Below, in pieces: positions 27,601-38,344 of a stretch of 64,000 bases of DNA (positions are counted from its first letter, which is position 1; every line of letters begins with the position of its first letter). Under the pieces are notes generated by a model that was not told the origin of the DNA, searched no databases, and saw only the letters and a program-made list of their open reading frames with translations. This DNA comes from Octopus vulgaris (lineage: Eukaryota): NCBI GenBank assembly GCA_951406725.2, contig OX597833.1, positions 21,390,001 through 21,454,000 on the forward strand, given 5' to 3'. The translations under genes were made by a program, and so were the position numbers.

Positions 27601-27826
27601 AACTATTGGGTTGTCCGGAAAGTTCGTGCAGCTTTCTTCCTTATAAGGTATAGATGTCTTTATATATATACATTCATATATATTCACAAATATGCACGTG
27701 CATCAAGGAGATATTACAATTAGATAGTTGTATGTGTATGGGTGTGTGCGTGTCTGTTGAAATACACACACAATCATGCGGAGACACATATACATACATA
27801 CATACATACATACATACATACATACA

Positions 27827-27909
<83 letters not shown>

Positions 27910-28736
27910 AGTAATATAATAAGAGTAAATAATATCTTTAATGGTTTTTAAAAAAAAACAACAACAATTATTTACTGGTAGATTTCGGCATGTAAATATA
28001 ACCATTAACGGTAGGAACTTCTATAAAAGTTCAATATATATATTGTATATAAAAACATGTACATACATATATGCATGTCTGTATATATGAATATGTGCAC
28101 ATGTGTGTATATGTTTATGCATGCATATTATATATACATATATATATATATATATATTGTACAATTATATGCATCAATGCTTACATATTTGCACATACAC
28201 GTGAATGCACTCATATGTGTATATATCTATACATACGTACAGTTTTAACTACACTTTGTAAACCGTTTGTGACTCCCCATGAGCATTTGGCAAAGATAAC
28301 TGCTTTCCGTTTCATTCATCCCAGGGAGCGGTCAGCCGATCTATGATTTATGCATATATGCATGCCTACCTACCTACCTACCTACATAAATACATACATA
28401 CATACATACATACAAGCATGCATACATACATACATACGTGCATACATACATACATACATACACGCATGCATGCATACATACATGCGTACATGCATACAAA
28501 CATACATGCATGCATACATACATACATACATACATACATGCATACATACATACATATATACATACATACATGCATACATACATGCATGCATGTGAACATA
28601 TATATATATATAAACACGCACATACATACATACATGCATACATATATATATACACACGCACAAACACACACACATATATATATATATATATGTATATGTA
28701 TATGTATATGTATACATACATATGTATTGTATATAT

Positions 28737-28768
<32 letters not shown>

Positions 28769-28968
28769 GTGTACGTATATATGTATATATATATATATAT
28801 ATATATGTATCTATGTATATATATATATTTATATATATATATATATATATATGTATGTACGTATGTATGTATGTATGTATGTATGTATGTATATATATAA
28901 CATACATGTTTACGTTTGTGTATATATATGTGTATGTATGTATATATATGTATATGTATGTGTGTTTA

Positions 28969-29000
<32 letters not shown>

Positions 29001-29554
29001 GCACTGCCTGCACATTTATGTAAGTCATAATGCCGTCCTCATAATGAAAGAAAGACATTAAAACAGCGTAAGTGTAAATAAATACCTCCACGTAAATAAA
29101 CCATGACTATGTAACAAGACGCCGAGGATTTGTTTCTTGTAGCATAAACCAGTATAAGAGGAAAGATAATTCACGCCTGGATTTAAAATATCTTATATGA
29201 AAATGGAAGAAGAATCAAGAATAGATAATAACGAGCGACAAAAAATACGAAAGTATCAAGAAATATTTAAGAAAATCGCTGACACTCCGCTCTCGTACTC
29301 CCTCCCACCTCGTCGCTTCCTGGAAAAGAAGGAAACTCTTTTCTGGAGATTGGGAAACAAGCAGAAGAGAAATATAAATGTTTTGTTGTCGGATTTGTGA
29401 GCGTTTGGTGGAATAATTTAAAGAGATAAATCTGGGTCTCTTTTTTTTTTGTTTTTGTTTTTGTTTTTTGCTGCTGTTTTCTTTATTGACGCGTTTTGCT
29501 TTTTGCTCTCAAGAATCTTATTTTGGTTTGGTAAGAACGAAAGTAGTTCTTTGT

Positions 29555-30110
29555 GGTCGTGTTGGTGGTGATGGCGGCGATTGTGACGGTGGCGGCGATG
29601 GTGGTGGTGGTGGTGGTGGTGGTGGTGGTGGTGGTGGTGGTGGTGGTGGTGGTGGTGGTGGTGGTGGTGGTGGTGGTGGTGGTGGTGGTGGTGGTGGTGG
29701 TGGTGGTGGTGGTGGTGGTGGTGGCTTGGTGTCGGTGGTGGTGGTAGCTTGGTGTCGGTGGTGGTGGTGGCTTGGTGGTGGTGGTGGTGGTGGTAGTGGT
29801 TTGGTGTCGGTGGTGGTGCCTTGGTGGTGGTGGTGGTGGTGGTGGTGGTGGTGGTGGTGGCTTGGTGGTGGTGGTGGTGGTGGTGGTGGTGGTGGTGGTG
29901 GTGGTGGCTTGGTGTCGGTGGTGGTGGTGGCTTGGTGTCGGTGGTGGTGGTGGCTTGGTGTCGGTGGTGGTGGTGGTGGTGGTGGTAGTGTTGGTGGTGC
30001 TGGTAGTGGTGGTGGTGGTGGTGGTTTGGTGGTGGTGGTGGTGGTGGTGGTGTTGGTGGTGGTGGTGGTGGTGGTGGTGGTGGTGGTGGTTTGGTGGTGG
30101 TGGTAGTGTT
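29555..30110. repeat. (GGT)n tract with a recurring GGCTTGGTGTC interruption
   Basis: Direct reading. Confidence 0.95.
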
Positions 30111-30630
30111 GGTTGTGTTAACAGTCATAGGGATCGTGATCTTAGAGGAACTGTTGGCGGGGAGTCGAAGAGATTGAGAGAGGGTTTAGCAGTTTTTCTT
30201 TATGAGGATATATGAATAGTTCAAAGTAAATCACATAGAGATTAATATTTAAGAAAGAGAGAGAGAGAGAGAGAACCAAGGGGGAAGAGAAAAGGAGAAA
30301 AGCGAAGAGAGAGAATAAGAACTAAAGGGAGAAAGCAGGAATGAGAGAGAATACTATTTATATCATCGCAGCAATATTGTATGACTAAATCGCATCAATA
30401 ACGATACATTTTATCCAGGCGTTCATATTTCTTTTACTTTAAGAGCGACACAAGTTCAAAGCTTCAGAAGATGGTGACTACACGGTTTCAATCTTCGGAG
30501 GACATTTTATTTCGCTCGAATAACGTTTAGATTTCCGTAGCTGCAACTACTACTACGACCGATATATGATGCCATACTTTATATATATACATGTCTGTGT
30601 GTGTATGAGTGTGTGCGATATGTGTGTGTT

Positions 30631-30719
<89 letters not shown>

Positions 30720-30720
30720 G

Positions 30721-30816
<96 letters not shown>

Positions 30817-30919
30817 AAAAAAGGAGATGTCGAACACGAGTGGTGATATATAAAAAAGGAAATGAAGAAAATGCTGACAAATAATTGAAGTAATTTAAGT
30901 AATTTAATTAGGTGAAAGT

Positions 30920-30967
30920 TCTTTTTACCGGTTGCGCATTTGTTATGCTTATCAAAATATAAAAGAG
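30920..30967 (-). ncRNA. Hammerhead-like motif (U3:A8 core, GCA in place of GAA)
   Basis: CTCTTTTATATT-TTGATAA-GCAT(AACAA)ATGC-GCA-ACCGGT-A-AAAAGA. Confidence 0.55.
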
Positions 30968-30984
30968 AGATTAGAGTCTGTCTC

Positions 30985-31257
30985 TTATATGTGAAAAAAA
31001 GAGGCTCCAGAGTTGTTTTGGATTTGCTTGGTTTCGCGCCTAAAATTTTGATTGGTCATTATGAAGGGGTCACGTGAATGTTTGAATGGAAGTTGGTGTT
31101 GGGGTAAGAAAAAAGGCTCCAGAGAAGTTAAAATTTGGCTAGTGTCCCGCCTAAAATTTCTTATTGGCCATAATAAAGAGGTCACGTGAATGTTTAGAAT
31201 TTTCGAAAATAGTGTTGTTGAAAATTCTTATTGTTCAGGCTGGTCAGTAGACGTCAT
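30985..31257 (-). promoter_or_regulatory. Candidate pLTR promoter: CRE, two 112-bp units with E-box/CCAAT/E2F-like sites, TATA-like box
   Basis: GTCACGTGA at 31069 and 31181, ATTGG at 31051 and 31163, TTTCGCGCC at 31032 and TCCCGCC at 31145, GACGTCA at 31250. Confidence 0.5.
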
Positions 31258-31676
31258 GTGGATATTTTAAATAGCTTTTTAGCGCGTAGTTAGGGAGTGT
31301 ATTTTCCGCTTGACTGGATAAGTAAGTTCGTTTAGAACAGGGAGAGCTGTATGTATGTATGTGTGTGTGCGCGCGCGCGCGTGTGTGTGTTTATATGTAT
31401 GTTGGGGCGCGCGCGCGTGTATATATGTGTGTGTGTGTGGGTACAATTTTCAATATTTATAGTTCTGCTGGCCTTGTGCCTGTATCGGGAAGCAACGTAT
31501 TTGTGTGAAGTCAATATTTACAGCCATTTCCAAAAAATAGTGTTGGATGTTTTGCACCCGTATTCAATTATGTGTATGTGTGGAACCATATATTTGTGTG
31601 TGTCATGGTGTTAATATCTGGGTAAAGGTGTGTGTAGGGTGTGTGCAGGTGTAAGTGTGTTTGTTGTGGGTTCGTG

Positions 31677-33824
31677 TTAGGGGCATGTGTTTAGAAGTGG
31701 TCTGTATTTATTAATAAGGTGGGATTCCATGGTTATTCGCTGGGTATGAGTGGCATTGTCTTTAAATTTGTAGAGGGGAAAGATTCTAAAATTGGGATGG
31801 AGTTGTGCGGCACAGGTATCAATATGTGCACTAAATGCTATTTTTCTATATTCCTGTATTTTTATTTGGGATCTGTGGACAGTCATGCGTTGGCGGAGGC
31901 TATTTTTTGTTTGGCCTATGTAGTGTTCATTACAGCCCGAGCAAGTTAAGACATATACTAGGTTTTCTGATGCGCATGTGAAGTTGTGTTTTACTGTGAA
32001 ACGTTGTCTTTGTTTAAAAAGGAATTCCGGACCTTCTATTAGGTTGATGCATATACCACAGTTGGGTCTATTGCATTTGTTTACTGTGGGTTTAGTTGTT
32101 GTGGTTGGCAGTACTTTGGCATTTGTTAGGATGGTTTTCAATGATTTGGGTTGCCTTTTGCTCTTTATGATTTCGTGTGTTAGGAGGATTTGGTTCATTC
32201 TATGGTCCTTTTGTAGTACAGGAATGTTCTGGAGGATGGTGTCAAAAGCTTCATTGTTGAGGGGGTTGTGTGTAGAGATGTATGGTAGAGTATGGGGTTT
32301 CGATGTAACAGGTTTAGGGCGTCTAAGTTCCTGCGTGCTGAGTTTTAGGGCGCGTTGGATCCCATTGTCAATTAGTGACGTGGGGTAATCCCTGCTTGTT
32401 AATGTGCCCTTGAGTTCTTGTAGACGTAAGAGACGGGTGTTTTTATTGGAGACTATAGTGCAAATTCTCTTGGCTAAGTTGTAGGGAATGTTAATTTTAA
32501 CGTGTCTAGGGTGGCATGAATTGAAAGGGAGGTATTGCTTGGAGTCTGTGGGCTTGTAGTATATGTCTGTTTCTATTTTTTTGTTGTGAATTTTAATGAG
32601 GATGTCGAGGAAGGGAATTTGTTGAGGGCTGTATTCCATTGTGAAAATAATGTTTGTGTTGAGCCCATTTATAAGAGTGTGAAATTCGTTAAGCTTCTCG
32701 ACGGTTTCGGGCCAAAGGATGAAGCAGTCATCAAGATATCTCTTCCAGTTCTTCTCTATGTATGTGTGGAGAGTGGTGCCAAATTGGTTAAGAACGTTAT
32801 TATAGAGGGTGATTTCCAGGTATCCCATGACTAAGTTGGCGTAAGTGGGAGCTGTTTTCGTTCCCATTGCCGTCCCTGATTTCTGTCTGTAGAATTTGTT
32901 GTTGAAGGTGAAGAAATTATTCTCTAAGATGAATTTGAGTCCTTCTAAAATAAATTCCTTTTTGATGCGGTGTGGGAGTTCGTTGGAGTAATTATCCAGC
33001 CAGAATTGGATAGCTTCTATTCCTAGGTTGTGGGGGATGTTGGAGTAAAGATTGACTACATCGAATGTTACTAGCAGGGTTTGTTCAGCAAAAAGTGTAT
33101 TGGGGAGGTGGTTGAGCATATCTAGATCGTCCCTTATGTAGCTTTTAATGTGTTTGAGGAACGGCTTGAGAAGGGTATCAATGAAGTTGCTAAGGCGGTG
33201 GGTTTCGCAAGCGGGACCTGCTATTATAGGTCTCAATTTGAGGTCATTTGGTGAGGGGACATTGATTACAGAGTTTGTGGCTTCCTTGCATGCCTTACTT
33301 ATTAATTCGCTTTTATGAATTTTGGGAATACCGTAGAAGAGGCTGGTTTTACTAGTGAAATTTGTGATGAAGTTGAATTCTTTGTTAGTGAGTTCTTCTT
33401 TGTGGGGGTTGATCAGGGTTTTTAAGTTTCTCATAATTTTCTGTTGATTGTAGTGTTCAGCCTTTTCGTAATATGTTCCATTTTCCAAGGTGGAGAGTGC
33501 TAAGTTGATATAGTATTCTGTCTCCATTAAGACTACTGCACTTCCTTTATCGGCCTCTTTAATGGTGATAGATCTTTCATTTTTTAATTTGTTTAATTCT
33601 TCCCACTCTTTCTTGTTGAGGTTTGGTTTGGGTTTTGGTTTGTGTAAGTGTTGGTAGGGGAAGTTTGTAATGTGCTCACAGAATTCGTCTAGGATTTTAT
33701 TTCTACCTTTTCGTGGGGTGTAGTTGCTTTTATTTCTAGCTAGTGACTCATCCTCATTGTGCTGGTCGAATAGTTCCTCACTAAGTCGCAATTTTCTACA
33801 AAATTCTGTAATGTCTTCCTTCAT
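31677..33824 (-). CDS. PLE reverse transcriptase with C-terminal GIY-YIG endonuclease (frame open upstream to 34031)
   Basis: ADKG, FYGIPKIHK, LRPII, FDVVNLYSNI, GTAMG, YLDD, FLD, CxxxxCxxC linker and VYVLTCSGC..YIGQT; the in-frame extension upstream of the ATG contains VINLT and LLSKGLKFTPTP. Confidence 0.97.
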   Translation of the reverse strand: MKEDITEFCRKLRLSEELFDQHNEDESLARNKSNYTPRKGRNKILDEFCEHITNFPYQHLHKPKPKPNLNKKEWEELNKLKNERSITIKEADKGSAVVLMETEYYINLALSTLENGTYYEKAEHYNQQKIMRNLKTLINPHKEELTNKEFNFITNFTSKTSLFYGIPKIHKSELISKACKEATNSVINVPSPNDLKLRPIIAGPACETHRLSNFIDTLLKPFLKHIKSYIRDDLDMLNHLPNTLFAEQTLLVTFDVVNLYSNIPHNLGIEAIQFWLDNYSNELPHRIKKEFILEGLKFILENNFFTFNNKFYRQKSGTAMGTKTAPTYANLVMGYLEITLYNNVLNQFGTTLHTYIEKNWKRYLDDCFILWPETVEKLNEFHTLINGLNTNIIFTMEYSPQQIPFLDILIKIHNKKIETDIYYKPTDSKQYLPFNSCHPRHVKINIPYNLAKRICTIVSNKNTRLLRLQELKGTLTSRDYPTSLIDNGIQRALKLSTQELRRPKPVTSKPHTLPYISTHNPLNNEAFDTILQNIPVLQKDHRMNQILLTHEIIKSKRQPKSLKTILTNAKVLPTTTTKPTVNKCNRPNCGICINLIEGPEFLFKQRQRFTVKHNFTCASENLVYVLTCSGCNEHYIGQTKNSLRQRMTVHRSQIKIQEYRKIAFSAHIDTCAAQLHPNFRIFPLYKFKDNATHTQRITMESHLINKYRPLLNTCP

Positions 33825-33961
33825 TTCGTAGTAGTTTGGACGTGGGGGGGTTGGTGTGAATTTCAGACCTTTGGAGAGTAAGTTGAGAAGGTTGGGGTTG
33901 GGTTCTGTATTGGTTAAATTGATGACTTTAATTAGTTTATGTTTCTCTTCCCTGTCCTGTG

Positions 33962-34462
33962 TTATTTTGTTTGCCTGTATCTGTGTGCTGTGTCTAAAAA
34001 ATGGTTGGGGTAGAGGGGTTGTCTGTTGGTGTTAGGAGGTCCTGTGTGTTTGTTATATTCCTTGTTGTGAAATATGGTTCGGGTTCGTGGTTGTGGATAG
34101 AATGGGGTGTTCCTGTATTGCGGGTGTTGGTGTGTGTTTCTTTGTGTTGTGATGGATTGTGGTGATATGAGTGACCTGCGTGGGTGCTTGTATCGAGTGG
34201 TATGGGTTTGTTGTGTATTGTGAGAGTTGAGAAAGTGAAAATTACCTTGTTGTCCCCTCGTGGTGTGGATGTTGTTGTGTCTATCCTGGTAGTGGGATCC
34301 TCTTTTATTTGTTAATAAGGTATTCGAGTAGTTGTTGAGTTGTTGTGTATAGCGTCTCCTTGAAGAGGGAAATTCGTTAATGTAATTCTGGTGGTGAGAG
34401 TTTCCAGGGTTCTTGTTCCTCCTTATGGACGTGGGGTAAGAAGGTACATCTTCAATATGCTG
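33962..34462 (-). CDS. 5'-truncated upstream ORF1 of the PLE (basic, low-complexity, N/H/T/Q/R/P-rich)
   Basis: 166 sense codons without a stop by manual translation (QHIEDVPSYPTSIRRNKNPG...PLYPNHFLDTAHRYRQTK*); no start codon because of the truncation; overlaps the RT frame. Confidence 0.7.
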   Translation of the reverse strand, partial: QHIEDVPSYPTSIRRNKNPGNSHHQNYINEFPSSRRRYTQQLNNYSNTLLTNKRGSHYQDRHNNIHTTRGQQGNFHFLNSHNTQQTHTTRYKHPRRSLISPQSITTQRNTHQHPQYRNTPFYPQPRTRTIFHNKEYNKHTGPPNTNRQPLYPNHFLDTAHRYRQTK

Positions 34463-34547
<85 letters not shown>

Positions 34548-34549
<2 letters not shown>

Positions 34550-34945
34550 CGCAGGAATGGCTATGTGGTAAGTAGCTCGCTTACCAACCATATGGTTCCG
34601 GGTCAGTCCCAATGCGTCGCACCTTGGGCAAGTGTCTTCTACTATAGCCTCGGGCCAACCAAAGCCCTATGAGTGGATTTGGTAGACGGAAACTGAAAGA
34701 AGCCCGTCGTATATATATATGTGTGTGTGTGTGTGTGTATGTACATATATGTTTGTGTGTCTGTGTTTGTCCTCCAAACATAGCTTGACAACCGATGCTG
34801 TTGTGTTTACGTCCCCGTCACTTAGCGGTTCGGCAAGAGAGACCGATAGAATAAGTACTAGACTTACAAAGGATAAGTCCTGGGGTCGATTTTCTCGACT
34901 AAAGGCGGTGTTCCAGCATGGCCGCAGTCAAATGCCTGAAACAAA
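34548..34945 (+). mobile_element. SINE family A, full length
   Basis: Matches 37929-38328. Confidence 0.92.
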
Positions 34946-35080
34946 TCATTAGATTTTAGTCGAACGAATCGACCCCATTCCTTTTTAATCCTAGTACTAA
35001 TTTTATCGGTGTCTTTTGTCAATATTAAGGGGAGATGAAAACACCGGCTGTTTATATATAGGCGGAGGCATGGCAGTGTG

Positions 35081-35230
35081 ATAAGAAGCTTGCTTCCCAA
35101 ATACATGGTTCCGGGTTCAGTCAGTGCGGGCACCTTGGGCAAGTGTCTTCTACTATATCCTCAGGCCGGCCAATACCTTGTCAGTGGATTTGGTAGACGG
35201 AAACTGAAAGAAGCCCGTCGTATATATGTG

Positions 35231-35282
<52 letters not shown>

Positions 35283-35510
35283 CGTGCGTGTGTGTGTGTG
35301 TGTGTGAGTTTTGTGCCTGTGTTTGTCCCTCACCATCGCTTGACGACCGATGTTGATATGTTTATTTGTTGATATGCAACTTAGCAGTTCAGACCGATAT
35401 GATAAGTATTAGGCTTACAAAGAGTAAGTTCTGGGGTCGATTTCTTCGACTAAAACTCTTTAATGCGGTGCTCCCTCATGGCCGCAGTCAAATGACTGAA
35501 ACGCGTAAAG
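35081..35510 (+). mobile_element. SINE family A
   Basis: Matches 37929-38328. Confidence 0.88.
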
Positions 35511-35818
35511 CATTATATGTATGTATAACTGGGATCTAGTTAAACTGATTCACAAAATCTGCATTTTTAAAAGGATGGAAAAATCTGAAAATCGGTTGTA
35601 TTAATGTAGTTTTCCACTCTAATTGCTACGAAGGTATGATGTTATGGAGAAAAAGTTACAGAGGTTTAAAAATTGAAAAAACTTTGTATTTTTAGGCAAT
35701 AGCGAGATAGAAAATTTCTGCGTTTAGCGGTGTCAACTTTAACGTTGTACCCAGTGAAATTTATAGTTTAGCGTCTGTGAAATGACCTGTTCTTTGTAGG
35801 TTTCTAAATAAACAGAAA

Positions 35819-36213
35819 TCTTTATATATAAAAGTGAAGTTGTGTGTCTGTCTCCTACGATTTAGATTCCTAACTACTCCCACATTTTGCGGTGCAGTTT
35901 AACCAAAAGCGGGTATCTTATAGTCGTGATTCATATCGAGCCCTTCTGGGTATTAGCGCGCGTCTACGATGAGTCTACGATTTAAAAAAAATTTACCATC
36001 ATTTTTTTCCATTTTAATGCATTTTTTCGCTATTATATAAGGGAAGTAACTCTCTAAAAATGTATACAATGAGTCAACGATTTAAAAAAATTTACCATAA
36101 TTTTTTTCCATTTTTAATGCATTTTTTTTGCTATTTTTTGGCTATAACTCTCTAAAAATGCTTATATAGCTATTTCCCTTACAAACCCGAGCAACGCCGG
36201 GTGATACTGCTAG
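35819..36213 (+). mobile_element. Non-autonomous Helitron
   Basis: 5' A|TC, 3' hairpin CCCG-AGCAACGC-CGGG then CTAG|T, no TSD. Confidence 0.88.
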
Positions 36214-36654
36214 TACCTTATAAAATCGACATTTATCATCTTACTGTTTCTTTCGTCTCTTCATTGATTTCTATAGTGTTTTGTGTGTTTTTATTATTTT
36301 TTAAAAATTTGTCATATTAATATATTTGTCTGCATATGTTTACTTTATGTGTATTTCAAGTATTATGTATACCTGTCATGTATTTGTGTACATCATTAAT
36401 ATATAAGTGCATGTGGATGTATGTATTCATATATAAATTTATATGTACATTTATACATTCATATGTGTGTTTGTGTGTGTGTCACCAAAACTCCAAAGTT
36501 GAGTAACGCTTTCATGATTGGATTTGTAAACTACGATAAGAATAACATTGGTCAACAAAGAATTTATCCCAATCAAAAGAATTCTTGTTTCCTATGTTTT
36601 TGTATGCAAAATTCAGTTTCTCTACTCAACGATATCCCTCTCAGTTCCTGTTAA

Positions 36655-36900
36655 ATAAATAAATGCGCCCTTTTAAAGCCTAGCCAGTCTCATGGGCCCG
36701 GTTTCTGTGGCGTATGTGTTCCCCAGTTGGACGGGACGCCAGTCCATCGCAGCGTTGCTCATGTTTGCCAGCTGAGTGGACTGGAGCAACGTGAAATGAA
36801 GTGCTTAGCTCAAGAACACAACGCGTCACCCGATCCAGGAATCGAAACCACAATCTTACGATCGTGGTGCTGATACCCTAACCACTAAGCCACGCGTCTC
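36655..36900 (-). mobile_element. SINE family D with the tail seen at 26985-27085
   Basis: Head and core as in 24907-25242; (TTTA)n end. Confidence 0.85.
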
Positions 36901-37828
36901 TGCCAGTTCCTGTTATGTGGGCTAAGTTTCAGTTAAGCTGTTGAAATGTGACGCTATCGGTTCAAGAAATACTCCTAATTTAAATGTTTATGAATAGAAT
37001 TTACCTAGTGAAACCAAGTGAATCCAGCTATATGAGTCAATGAGTCCTTGAAGCTTGGCAATACTGAGTCGATGAGCCACCAATGCTTTGTCAGTACTGT
37101 GCTTGAAGTGTAGGTGTGCGGTTGTGTACTAAGGTTCGCATATTCCATTCACCTTCATAATGCCAAGAAACTGTTTAAGCATCGCAAACAACTTTTGCTA
37201 TATATGAAAAATATGTAAAATATTAAGACAATTGAAAAATATCTATAGTAAAATTTTAATTGATAAATATAATTTTTTATTAAGACAAAACACGCAAGGG
37301 GGAGTAAATCTCGTGGTGTGAAGAACAAACAATAGAACGTGCAGATGAAGTGAAACATAACACAACGTGCGGTTGTCATGGTAACAAGCTGTTAATGCCT
37401 CACTGTCTGTTAATTGGCTAAAATTATCCAAACTTCTCAACTTTAATTCCAAGTAACATCAAATTCTTTAAATTACGAGATGAAGTAATTGGTTGATGGT
37501 AATCAAAATTCAGAGTTGCATCGATTCACCACAATTGAAAGCAGTTTGAGCACAATTAAAAGGGGCTGCTTTTTTGTGAATCAGCTTAACTAGATCCTAT
37601 AATTATATATATATATACAATATATATGCCTGCCTTCCTCTTCCCCCTCTCCTTCCTTCCTTCCTCTTTTCTCTTTTTTCTTTTCTAAACAAACAAAAGA
37701 ACATCCTCTTTTCTATTTGCATAAAAGGTTGAAGACATTTTCTGTGCATCATATTTCAATATAATGCACTGAATGGACGAAAGGGCAAAAATTATCCAAA
37801 ATTCTGACTGTCGCCTTCTCAATAGTAG

Positions 37829-37879
<51 letters not shown>

Positions 37880-37892
37880 ATATATATATATA

Positions 37893-37928
<36 letters not shown>

Positions 37929-37930
<2 letters not shown>

Positions 37931-38328
37931 CGTAGGAGTGGCTGTGTGGTAACTAGCTTGCTTACGAATCACATGGTTCCGGGTTCAGTCCCACTGCGTG
38001 GCACCTTGGGCAAGTGTTCCACTATAGCCTCGGACCGACCAAAGCCTTGTGAGTGGATTTGGTAGACGGAAACTGAAAGAAGCCCGTCGTATATATGTAT
38101 ATGTATATGTATGTGTGTGTATATGTTTGTGTGTCTGTGTTAGTCCCCCCCCCAACATCGCTTGACAACCTATGCTGGTGTGTTTACGTCCAGTAACTTA
38201 GCGGTTCGGCAAAAGAGACCGATAGAATAAGTACTAGGCTTCCAAAGAATAAGTCCTGGGGTCGATTAGCTCGACTAAAGGCGGTGCTCCAGCATGGCCG
38301 CAGTCAAATGACTGAAGCAAGTAAAAGA
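37929..38328 (+). mobile_element. SINE family A, reference full-length copy
   Basis: GGCGTAGGAGTGGCTGTGTGGT (A box), GGGTTCAGTCCC (B box), CCTTGGGCAAGTG core, internal (TA/TG)n, GTAAAAGA end. Confidence 0.93.
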
Positions 38329-38344
38329 TTATATATATATAAGG

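Larger units (their letters stand above)
30813..34464 (-). mobile_element. Penelope-like retroelement (Neptune-type), 5'-truncated, inserted in (TA)n
   Basis: Intact RT-GIY-YIG ORF, upstream overlapping ORF, about 860-bp 3' region with a hammerhead-like motif, (TA)n on both sides. Confidence 0.95.
35531..37597. mobile_element. Non-autonomous TIR DNA transposon with nested Helitron and SINE
   Basis: TIRs GGATCTAGTTAAACTGATTCACAAAA / TTTTGTGAATCAGCTTAACTAGATCC; flanks TATAACT / TATAATT. Confidence 0.8.

Noticed and set aside
29418-30215. Poly-His/Pro/Gly/Val ORFs
   Set aside because: Translations of (GGT)n; open in several frames on both strands
31719-32834. Plus-strand ORFs overlapping the PLE
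   Set aside because: Antisense shadows of an A/C-biased coding strand
31677-33824. Telomerase, bacterial retron or selenoprotein-type (Naiad) PLE
   Set aside because: C-terminal GIY-YIG and PLE motifs; no in-frame TGA and no N-terminal endonuclease
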